A stretch of 33,787 bases of DNA from Peribolospora baueri (Eukaryota). Shown here piece by piece: positions 23,627 to 33,787 of this stretch. Within the stretch, counting starts at the first letter, position 1, and each line of letters starts with the position of its first letter. The stretch spans positions 1-33,787 of the forward strand of contig JAMDHS010000136.1 of the NCBI GenBank assembly GCA_029717555.1, read 5' to 3'. The notes below the pieces were generated by a model that did not search any database, was not told the origin of the DNA, and was given only the letters and a program-made list of their open reading frames with translations. A program made the translations under genes and the position numbers.

Positions 23627-24767
23627 GGCGTAGGGGTGTATGGGCCTTCTGTCCGATCTGACTCTGGGTCGTGCTCGAGTGCCGTGTCGAGAGTCAATGC
23701 ATTCTACACACACGCATAAGCATACGCATTTACACACGCATACACACAAGCGCCAACGCCGACGTCAACAACGTCTTTCCTGGTCGGCCGGTCGGTCGAC
23801 TGTCCAACAGGAGCGCTGGTACACGGGCGCTTGACCTGGGCGACGTTGCGAGGGTGCTGCGAACGACAGATGTGCCGTGTGTATGTATGTACGTTCCGGA
23901 ACCTCTCCGAGGCAAAACGTGGGCCTGATCGACGTCGCAGAGCACTCATCGCGTCCCGTCGCGTCGTCGTTGTAAAGAACGATAGAGACCACTGCGGTAG
24001 AGTTCGCTTGGCATCTACGCAACCTGCTCCACCGTCGACCTGTGCCTGCGCAGCGTTTCCATTTCGAGTCGTGCGTCTCGACATCGTTTCCATTTTCGTT
24101 CCGTTCTACTCTTCTACGTTGAGCTGCGAAAAGGCCACGCGTAACCCTAACCCGCCCCCGCTCGCTCGCCTCCCGCCGGCAGCTTTCTCTCGCCTCCTCT
24201 CCGGTTCTTGTTTTCTTTCCGCGCCGCCAAACGCTTCTTTCTTTCACTTGGTGCGCCTACCAGAGGGAAACAACGCACCGCATAAGTCGTGGGCGGAGCG
24301 ACGATTGAGCTGATTGGGCGGGCCGTAGCCCACTGACGGACGATTGATTATCCATGCCAAGTTGATTCGGCCGCCATACATAGCACGAGCCACCAATTTC
24401 TTGCTAGCAGTCCGAGCGACCGACCGACGACGACTCGGCCGGCCACCCACTGTCCCGTCATAGTCCCATTCTAGTCAGTCTACCGCCGGCTCCTTTCGTA
24501 CCACCTTCTATTTCCAATCTCGCTCTCGCCGCCTTTCGCTCCCTCCTTCCCTCTCTCGTCCCTCGTCCCCCATCCCGTCCCCGCTGACATCTTCCATCCT
24601 CCGACTCGACCACCGCCCGACCTCCTTCCACCCCCCACCACCACCTCCTGCCAACACCCTCCACGACCTGCTCGCGGCGACGACCGCCGCGCCCACCACG
24701 ACCATCGCCCACTCACGCTCCCTTTCACCACCCTACTTCCCTTCCCTTCCCTTCCTCCGCTCCAACG

Positions 24768-26818
24768 ATGCTTGCATCTTCTTCCAAGGCTGCGCTCGCG
24801 GCGCCCCTCCTTTCCCTTCTCCTCCTCACCTCCCTCCCCTCACTCTCTGCCGCCGCCCACCATCTCGACAAAAACGACACTGCCTCTCCCTCATCCAGCG
24901 CCAACTCGCCCGACGTGTCCGCACCGGCTGGAGGCGGCTCCGCCTCGAAGGGTTGGACCAGTCTTCCCCAGGTCGTCGGCGCCACGGTCGACTCCACCCT
25001 CGCCGTCGCCGCCGGCGCCGGTTTGAACCAGCCGGCCGACGCTGGAACGTTGCCCGTGCTGGTCAACTATAGGAGCCAGGGCGTCGACACGACCAAGGTC
25101 AAAAGGGCCATCCTTCAGGTGCGCCAGACCGACCGACGATGCCCTCTCGCCGCCCAGTGTAAGCGCTCAACTCTTCTCTTTTCCCTCACATGGATCGCCC
25201 TGCATCACCGTGTCTACAGGTCCACGACGTTTCCCGAGACCCGTGGGACTACTTCAACTTCGTCAACAGCTCCCTCGCCGATGCCGCCCAAAAGAACTCG
25301 GCCATCGACCCGACAGAGGTGTTCATCATGGTGAGCCAGCCGCCTCGGTCGACCGGCGTGGCTTTTGGATCAGTGCTGCCCATCTCACCCCCCTTCCTCC
25401 TCCCGTCTTTCCTCCAGTGCCCCGGCTTCTTCAATCAGCTCGACCATACCGCGTTCGCCAACATTCCGAACGCTCTCGCGTGGAAAGACCAAGGCTGGCT
25501 CGATGGTGACCCAGCTGTCATGCCCTCCGGCAGCCCTTCTCCCGCCGCCGCTCGGCGCTCCCTTCCTCTTTCTTCTCCTCTTCCCCTCCCGGCACGGCAC
25601 CTCGGCGACACCGTTCGAGGCTGGCGCGGCCTCTTTTCTTCCCGGGCCCACCATGGCGCCGCGGCCGGCGGCGGGAGCCAGCCCGACGCGTTGGCCGGCA
25701 ACAATGTCAGCAGTTTCGACGCTCTCGACGCCGGCGTCGCCTTCTTCGCCAACAAGACCGCGTTCCCCAACCTCAACACCATCGTCATCGCCGGCTTCTC
25801 CGCTGGCGCCCAGCTCGGTGAGTGGACTCTGACCGTCCCGCTATGCGATCGGCGAACCGGCATTGACGGGCTGACGTTACGGTACCGTTCCATCTCGGCT
25901 TGTAGTCCAACGCTACGCTCTCGTCGGTGTCGCTCCAACTCAAGCCATGGCGCAAAACGACAAGCTTTCTGTGTCCTTCTTCATCTCCGCCGCCGGCTCT
26001 TACGCTTGGTTGGACGACAAGCGTTCCTTGAGCACGAGCCAGTGCTCGAACAACTTTAACCAGTGGAAGTGAGTCAGCCTGCCGCTCTCGTCCGTCCGTC
26101 CGATTCGAAATCGGGGACGGGCTGTCGAGATGGTCAGGCGCGGCTATGGCTCGCTCACCTCCTTCGTACGTTCGTTCGTTTTCGCGCTCTCGAAAGGTAT
26201 GGCTTCGAGAACTACACCATTGCATACGCTCAGGACATCGTTTTCGGCGGCCAGGCCAACTCGGATAACGGCTTGGCTGCCATCCAGCAATCGTTCGTCG
26301 GCAAGGTGGTCAACTATGCCTACGGTCTCAACGACACGGCGCCGCCCATCGACGTGTCGTGTGCCGCCCAGGCCCAAGGTTCGTCCCACGTCGCCCGAGG
26401 ATTCAACTTTATCCAGTCGCTCAACGGCATGGCCGGCCAGAAGGGCTTCCCCAGTCGACAGACGCTCGACTGGGTGCCGGGCGTGGGCCACAACCCGCAA
26501 AAGGTGATCGACAGCGACGCCGCCCACCAGCGGTATTTCTACGACAACTGGAACGGAGACGGAACGGCGGCCGGCGGGGTGACGATCTTTAAGGGCGGCA
26601 ACGCGAACACGTACCCGACCGCGGGCAACCCGCTGGACCAGGACCCGGCCCAGGCGGAGGGCGCGGACCCAGGGACGGGTGACGTGGGCCCGAGCGGGGG
26701 CAAGCACCAGGGCATCAACGCGGCGTCACTCCAGGTCGGCGCGCCGGTCGACTTGGTCCGTTGGAAGGCGTTGGCGTGGGCCTTGGCCGGGGCCATGGGC
26801 GTCGCGTTTGGGATGTAG
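24768..26818 (+). CDS. Secreted alpha/beta-fold hydrolase with possible C-terminal GPI/membrane anchor, 5 exons
   Basis: Signal peptide MLASSSKAALAAPLLSLLLLTSLPSLSAA; nucleophile elbow IVIAGFSAGAQ; SSFDALD, CAAQAQG and VPGVGHN (candidate catalytic His); hydrophobic end ALAWALAGAMGVAFGM. Exons 24768-25118, 25220-25330, 25418-25817, 25906-26068, 26197-26818. Confidence 0.8.
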
Positions 26819-27860
26819 GAGAGGACCGTTGGCCCGACCGTTCGTCCCCAGCTCGCCCGCCTCATCGGCGGTTCCTGTCGATCCGCGTTTCTCCGCTTCC
26901 GCTCACTGTATTATTCCCCCCTTTGGTCCCTTTCCTTTTCCAGGCCGGACCTCGCTCGACGTCTTTTCTCGTTTCTTTCTTTCTCGGCCTTGGAGCGAGC
27001 GAGCGTATCCCATTCTTTCTCTCGCTGCCGTTCGCGCTTTCCGTTCTCGCCTCGCTCTCTTCTTGTCTCTCCCTCTCTCGTCCTCACGCTCTTTTGCTCT
27101 TTCTCTCTTTCTTCATCAAGGCGTCATGATGAACCGGGTGGCCCGGGGGATCGATAGATGACGTCGGTCATTTCATTCTTTTCGCCGTGGCAGGCATTCC
27201 GTCTCTATGCCTATCCCATCCCATCCCATCCGTCCGATCGAGGCGCTGTTGGCGTTAATCACCGCCTGCCTACGTCGTCGCTGCCTACCTATCCCGTCCT
27301 CGTCGTCGTCCTATCTATCCTATCCCATCCTATCCTACCGTTCGCATTCGCCTATCCCAACCCAGATTGTGCCTTGCGTCTTGCTGCGAACGACGAGTTC
27401 GCGCCGACCGCGAACTGTGTCTACTACTTACGCTCGATGACGTCACGAGGGCGGTAGACGGAGAAGGGCGGGCGGGCGGCGGTCGGGTAAGTAACCCTAC
27501 GGATGGGTGGGCGCTCGGATCGCGGCACATGGCGCGGCGTGGGCCGGGCGCGGGCGGCGGGAAGTAGGGCGGGTGGGGTCGTGTGGACGTGGACGTGGAC
27601 GAATTGGGTGGGATGGGCGAGCAAATCGGACGGGAGAGAGAGAGAGAGAATGAGAGAAGTGTGTGTGTCTCTGTTCGCCACGAAAGTGTGTGGCGACGGA
27701 CGAATGAAGAGGAAACGGGCGACTTGTCAGTTATTACGCTGCCGGTTTTGTAAAGTAAAGACGGCCGGGGCCTCCGTTTCGTTTCTCGTTCTTCGTCTCC
27801 TTGTCCTTCTCCTTCTCCGCCGAGTCGAGTGGAGTCGAGTCGTCGAGGTCGCCTTGTCGC

Positions 27861-27927
27861 ACTTCACTTTACTTCACTTTACTTCACTTTACTTCACTTT
27901 ACTTCACTTTACTTCACTTTACTTCAC
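27861..27927. repeat. (ACTTCACTTT)6.7 decamer tandem repeat upstream of the PP2C gene
   Basis: Six exact 10-mers plus ACTTCAC, read directly. Confidence 0.95.
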
Positions 27928-28220
27928 CTAACCTCCTGCTGCGCGACGCACACCCGGCCGACCGACCGTCGATCAACCGCCTCATCCGCCATCGTCGTCG
28001 CCTCGCTGTCGCTGTCGCCGTCACGATCGCCATCGCATCATCATCTCATCTCATCGCCATCGCCGTCGCCGTTCCCCTTCCCGTCCGTCCCACCACCCCT
28101 TCTCCTCTTCTCTCTCTCGTACGCACTTGAACAAACACCATCCCACACCACCGCTCCACTCCCACCTCCCTCCATCCGCCCACGCGCTACCCCCGCTCCC
28201 CCCGCTCGTCGGGACACTGC

Positions 28221-30849
28221 ATGAAGCATTGGCCTCCTTCCCGCCACGACCACGCTCCTTCCAGTCCCAGTCCCAGTCCCAGTCCTAACCTCGCCGCCAC
28301 CGACCCAACTCCAAGTCCCTCTCCGTCCGAGTCCCCCCCGAAAGCCTCCGCTTCGGTCCCCCACACCCTTCCCGCTCTAGCCCTCTTCTCAACCCCCGCC
28401 TCTTCCTCCCCCGCCTCCGGCTCCCTCTTCTTCAGGACCACCAAATCCCCCGCCTCCTCCTCACCCCATTCCCCTTCCCCATCCGCCCCACCGTCAGCGG
28501 CCAACGCCGGCACAGGAACGGCAACGGGAACGGCAACAGGAACGGCCTTTGCACTCGCAAGCGCCGTCAGATCGCAAGGCGTAGGAGGAGGAGGACCGAA
28601 GACGCGAAGGAAAAATAATAAGATTGCGCCGGAGGAGTTGACGTTGGATAAGCTGCTGACCGACAAGGAGAGGAAAATGGGTGAGTGGTTTGCTGGACTG
28701 GGTGGGTAGCCTTTTTTCTTTTTCTTTTTTTTTCCTTCTCTTCCATCTTGGCCGGAAATAGCCCTTCTTGTGCACAACTGATCTGGTACACCCCTTGTGA
28801 ATGCGCACCTGCCCTCCCCAGCTTCGGTGAGGCGGAATGCGGCGGATGGGTGAGTGTCCGGCCCTGTCTTGCTCGGCGCAAGCGCGAACGACCGGTGCGC
28901 TCGCTCACCTTCTCTCCCTTCTCCGTCCCTTTCTTTTCTCTCCCAGCTCGCCCGACGCCAACGCAGAGTCAGAAACGATGACCACGGCCAAAGGCACCAA
29001 CACGTACGGGGTGAGCCACCGCATGACGGCACCGCCTCCGCGCGCCGCCTCTTCCGTTTACATAGCTATGTACGATCTCTTTCCATTCTCAACCAATGCC
29101 CCCCTCGTCTTTCCTTCGCCTCCTCTTCCTTCTCTCTCTTCAGACCGTCAATCAGCACCCCATGCTCCCCGCCACTGCCGCCGTCGCCGCCGCGGCCAGC
29201 AAACTTCCCTTCCGAGTCGGCGTCTCCGAGGACCGCAACAAGCGATGGCGAAGGACGATGGAGGACGCCCACGCGTTCATCTACGATTTCGGAGGCGTCA
29301 AAGGTCAGGGTTTTTTTAGCGTTTTCGATGGCCATGCTGGAAAGCACGCTGCCGAGTGGTGTGGCAAGCATTTCCACGAGGTGAGCTAGTGCGACCGTTG
29401 ATGGAAGACGACCGTCGGGGGCGCTCACCCCGTCCCTCTGCTTCTCCCACTCGGCAGTACCTCCTCCAAGCCGTCCGCGACTCGCCCTCCTCGCCTATCC
29501 CAGATCTCCTCAACGCAACCTTTCTCCAAGTCGACAAGACGCTCTCCCAGCTCGCCAAGGATGAGGGCACGAGCTCTGGATGCACCGCCGTGACCGCCTT
29601 TCTGCGCCTCGAGGACGAGGACGGCAACGCGGTCGCCGGACGCGGTGGCGTCGCTGCCGGCTACGCTTCTTCTTCTTCCGTAGCCGAGGACCCCTCCTCT
29701 TCGGCAGCGAGCACGCGGTCGGGCAAGAGCGGGAAAAGCGGAGCGGCGGAAGAGGGCGCCGCGGAGGCCGCATCGACGTCATCGAGCGGCGGCAACGGCG
29801 GCGGCGGGAATGGGGCGCCGGCGAAGAAGCGGAGCAGCCTGTTCGGCGGTCTGAGGGACAAGATGCGCTCCTCGCCATCGTCTCGCTCCGACGGGTCCAT
29901 CTCGCTCTCCCCCTCTGGTTCCTCTTCGCCCCCCAACGACGACGACAAGACGCCCGCGCTCGCTGGAACTGGGCAGGGGCAAGACGTCAAGGCGGAGAAA
30001 GGACCGGACGGGTTGGTCGAGGTTCGGGTCGACGAGGGAAAAAAGGTCCGCAGAGTGCTTTACACCGCTAACGTCGGCGATGCGAGAGCCGTGTTGTGGT
30101 AAGCGCACCTCCGTCCCTCGGTCTGTCGAAGGCCGAGGCCGTGTGGCTCGCCGCGGTGACTCAGCCCTTCTTTCCTTTTCGCTCCGTATGGATGACCCGC
30201 AGTCGCTCTGGAAAGGCCGTTCGTTTGACGTACGACCACAAGGGAAGCGATGCACAGGAGGCCAAGCGGATCACCGACGCAGGAGGGTTCGTGATGAATA
30301 ACCGCGTCAACGGTGAGCAAGTTGCCGCCCCGTGCGCGCGCCTTCTTGACCTTCTCATCTCACTCTGTTCGTCTTCCCTTCTCTTCTCTTCTCTTCTCTT
30401 CTCTTCTCTTCTCTTCTCTTCTCTTCTCTTCTCTTCTCTTCTCTTCTCTTCTCTTCTCTTCTCCTCTTCTCTTCAAAGGCGTCCTGGCCGTCACTCGCTC
30501 TCTCGGTGACTCGTCGATGAAGGAATTCGTCGTGGGCAGCCCGTACACAACCGAGACGGCACTCGGAGACGAGGATGATTTCTTGATCGTCGCGTGCGAT
30601 GGGCTTTGGGACGTGACAGAGGACCAAGACGCGGTGGATCTCGTGCGCGCCGTCCAAGATCCCCAAGAGGCGAGCCGCATCCTTCTCAATCACGCCATGT
30701 CCAACTTTTCTACCGATAACACCAGCGTCCTCGTCGTGAGGTTTAACGCCGACGCCGGCCCAGCCACTGGCGGCTTTGACGATCCGAACGATACCGGTCG
30801 CGGCGGTCGCGCGGGGCCGGCGCCGGCGTCGGAGGTCGAGACGAGATGA
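28221..30849 (+). CDS. PTC1: PP2C protein phosphatase, Ptc1 type, 7 exons
   Basis: [79 protein letters not shown] and STDNTSV. Exons 28221-28680, 28822-28849, 28947-29010, 29144-29380, 29458-30098, 30203-30312, 30479-30849; the N-terminal exons are less certain. Confidence 0.92.
30381..30460. repeat. (CTCTT)16 microsatellite inside the last PP2C intron
   Basis: Sixteen exact pentamers within intron 30313-30478. Confidence 0.95.
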
Positions 30850-31325
30850 ACGTTGACGGCGTGTCCCTGTCTCCTGGCTCGCTTCCTTCCCCTTCTTTCT
30901 CGTCCCCTCCGGCTCCGTTCCTTTCCTGTCCCCGCGAACGATCACTCGGTCCACCGACCCGTCCATCGACATCGACACCACGTGCCCACGCCCGCGCGTC
31001 AACAGCATAACCACGTTCTCGGCTTTTTATCTCCCCCCCTCTTTCTCTTTATTCTTCTCCATCCCGCGCCGGTTCTCCTCCTCTCTTCCCGAGTGCGCTC
31101 AACAAGTCCATCCTCATCTCACTCTTGCGTCGCTTCGGTCGATGACCCTCCCGGCTTGCTTTCTCTAGACCTTTTTTTTTTTTCTTTTCATTCTACCCCC
31201 TCGACCTCACTTTTCATCGCTGGTCCCCCGTGTCGCGTTGCGTCCGAGTCTGGTTGAGTTTTCCCTGTCTATCCTCTTTTTATCTTTCTTTTTTTTTTCC
31301 CTTCTCCCACCAGACCCTCCACGGG

Positions 31326-31357
31326 TGCCTGCCTGCCTGCCTGCCTGCCTGCCTGCC
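31326..31357. repeat. (TGCC)8 microsatellite
   Basis: Read directly. Confidence 0.9.
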
Positions 31358-32222
31358 GTCGATGTGATGTGTTCATAGGACCCCCGACCACTCACCCTCT
31401 TCCTAACCCTCTCGACTCGACTCGACTTGGCTTGATCGATCGCCCCCGATCCGATTCCGTATGCGTCGCTCGCCGTTTGATCGTGATCGCATTCCGATGC
31501 GTTAAATTATGTGGGGCTGCGTGGGAATGGAGAAAAAAAAAAGAAACACAAGTTCTCGCTCCGCGTTCGTGATCGCCCTGCCGCCGCTCTTTCTCTTCCC
31601 TTGCCTTCCTTCGAGCCCTTTGTCAAGTTTTGACTGAGCCTTGACTTGGGAAAACTCCGGGCTGTGAAAGCAAAAGAAATCAGTGGGCTCGTGCACGTGT
31701 CACACACGTCACGTCACGTCACAGGGCGCGCCGCGAATTTAATTAGCGAAGTCGTCGTCTAGTTTCGCCCCCCCCCTCCCCGGTCCTCTCTCTCTCTAAC
31801 CACCGTATACAGAATAGAGCGGAGGTCCGTAGTGTCCGCTGCTCGTCTTAGGAGAGCACACCCCTTTTTGCGATTTTTCTCTCTCTCTTGTCGCGACGAC
31901 CCACGCTGCGGTGGTGGCTGTTTTCTTTTTGTTCCTTTTTTTTTTTGTTCTTTTCCTTCTCCCTTCCCTCCCGCCCCCTCGTTTTACTTTGGAGACGTGA
32001 TGGGAGAATACTATGACGTGGAGGTTCTCGATGTCATTGTCCGGCGGACGACGTCGATGACGATGACGATGACGGGCGATGGCACCGTTTGGGGTTGGTT
32101 TTAGCCGATAGCGTTGGGACGGCTCCGGGTGCCTCGTGTTCCTCCCTCAGGGTTGGACGTCGTTCTCGTTCACACTTACCAATGGTCGTTCCTATGGACG
32201 AAGGACGAAGGGGACCCGAAAG

Positions 32223-32247
32223 AAAAAAAAAAAAAAAAAAAAAAAAA
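32223..32247. repeat. Poly(A) tract, 25 nt
   Basis: Read directly. Confidence 0.9.
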
Positions 32248-32370
32248 GGATAAAAAGCGCTTCCTTCCCCCCCGCCCCTTCTCCTCATTTCGTCTTGATT
32301 TGTCCCCAAGTCCCCAGTCCCTCACGGCCTCGCCACCTACACCCATTCAGACTTCCCCAATGTTCACCAC

Positions 32371-32765
32371 CCGTTTCCGCCTTCGGCCCGCCTTCCTTTT
32401 CACTTTCCTCGCCCTCTTCTCCCCGCTCGCTCTCTGATCGTCTTCGTCGCTCCGTCTCCTCCCGCCATCCACCGCGCCCCCGTCTTTGTCGGCGCGTACG
32501 TCGCCGCGATGTGCTTGCTCAGCAGGACGCTCGCCATGCTCCGTTACGGTCGTCGGGCCCGACGAGAGCCAGTCGGGACGATTCCCTGGTCACGGAGCAT
32601 GGCGAGCGTCCTGCTGAGCAAGCACATCGCGGCGACGTACGCGCCGACAAAGACGGGGGCGCGGTGGATGGCGGGAGGAGACGGAGCGACGAAGACGATC
32701 AGAGAGCGAGCGGGGAGAAGAGGGCGAGGAAAGTGAAAAGGAAGGCGGGCCGAAGGCGGAAACGG
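32371..32765. repeat. Long perfect inverted repeat: 174-bp arms (32371-32544 and 32592-32765) with a 47-nt spacer
   Basis: The left arm CCGTTTCCGCCTTCGG..CGCCATGCTCCGT is the reverse complement of the right arm ACGGAGCATGGCG..CCGAAGGCGGAAACGG. Identical peptides appear in + and - ORFs (e.g. VSAFGPPSFSLSS..AQQDARHAP). Confidence 0.97.
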
Positions 32766-33787
32766 TGATTTGGGAGGTTGTGAGGGCGCGTAAAACGGGG
32801 CGTGCCATCGTCCTGACCGTCGCGCTCTGGCTTCGCCCGTGGGGGAAGAGACGATATCTGGCGCCAAACCGCGCTGACTACCCGCACTTTCGACCGCCCA
32901 TCGGTCGCGTTGTCGCTTCTGCTACTGCCGTTCCACCGCTCCCGCTTTCCGTCCTTCCCTGCGAAACGGGATCGAACCCTCGCCGGCATCGGAGCTGTTC
33001 GTCGTTCCCGGTCGACCACCGCGGCCGTCGGTTCTCGCGCTGGTATCGCTAGCCATGCGGTCGTGGCCCGCGAGGCCTGACTATGACTGCCCATAGACAC
33101 TCATTTCAGCGTGTCGCCAGGTTAGTTAAAGTATTATGAGGCGCGAGGCAAAGTTTTCCCAGACAGTCGCGACAGGTACCATTCAGCGCCTTGCCTCTGC
33201 TCCCTGAAGGTCCCGCTGGAGTTCAGCCTTCGTGGAAGTGGGCACGTTCGGGACCTGTCCGTCTGGAACGAGGACACTAGGAATGAAGACCATCGGTCCT
33301 TCCACCATATCCCCCTCCAAATAGAAGTAGACCATCTACCCACCGCCCCACCCCCCCCCCGCCCCCCACTTTTCTCGTAGTCATCCTCTACCGTTTCCGT
33401 CTTCTGTACCACATGCTTTCTTGCAGTATAAACCCCATCAGAAATGACTCGAGGAATGCTCAGGTCTGGACACTAGCGTCAGCGAGGACGCCGCCGTGGA
33501 TCTCAGGCGGTTGAGCTGATCAGCGTGCGGGCAGATGACGATGTGGGGAACATGTACGCCTAGGAAGGGGTCAGGAGAGGTCGCGTCGCTTTTCCCTTAG
33601 GAGAGCACCTCGTGAAAAATTCTCTCTTATCGCCTCCACCACAACCTGTGTTGTCATTCGTTCCTTCATTCGTATGTATCTGACGTGATGATCAGGCGAG
33701 CAAAGACACGACCGTCTGTATTTTTGTTTGTTTGCGGAGAAGCTTACCCGCGAAGCCACAATAGCCCCTCCCTCCCTCCCCCCCCCA

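Noticed and set aside
27801..28224. ORFs with LHFTSLYFT repeats; CRISPR-like appearance
   Set aside because: Pure tandem decamer without spacers in a eukaryotic context; not CRISPR and not evidently coding.
1647..30689. Numerous antisense and overlapping ORFs
   Set aside because: Expected shadow ORFs in GC-rich coding DNA; none has recognisable motifs.
30096..31014. SSLLF and REEKR repeat ORFs
   Set aside because: Read-through of the intronic (CTCTT)16 repeat.
32114..33100. Pairs of ORFs with identical peptides on both strands
   Set aside because: A direct consequence of the inverted repeat; no recognisable domain or transposase.
33134..33787. Short minus-strand ORFs at the window end
   Set aside because: No homology signal or consistent exon chain.
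1..33787. tRNA, rRNA, transposase/RT genes or a secondary-metabolite cluster
   Set aside because: None recognisable by eye; small ncRNAs cannot be excluded without an Infernal/tRNAscan search.

Overview
Eukaryotic, intron-rich fungal DNA. GTRAGY donors, CTRAC/CTRAY branch sites and gene content suggest a basidiomycete, probably Ustilaginomycotina; the taxon is an inference. Reconstructing splices by eye gives 11 protein genes in order: a disordered/coiled-coil membrane protein (+), a DNA ligase I paralogue of the Adl1 type (-), an RNI-like LRR protein (+), mitoribosomal uL5m (-), a small CBM12/ChtBD3 protein without signal peptide (+), mitoribosomal Mrp51 (+), a NUDT15-like Nudix hydrolase (-), septin Cdc10 (+), CTNNBL1 (+), a secreted GxSxG hydrolase with a possible GPI signal (+) and a Ptc1-type PP2C (+). 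Several microsatellites are present. The most striking unexplained feature is an intergenic perfect 174-bp inverted repeat at 32371-32765 whose 47-nt spacer is itself structured; it could be a hairpin-RNA locus, a foldback element or an assembly artefact. Also notable are a GC-AG intron inside ligase motif V, five AAG acceptors, micro-exons and intergenic TAACCCTAA motifs. All exon boundaries were derived manually and are unverified.
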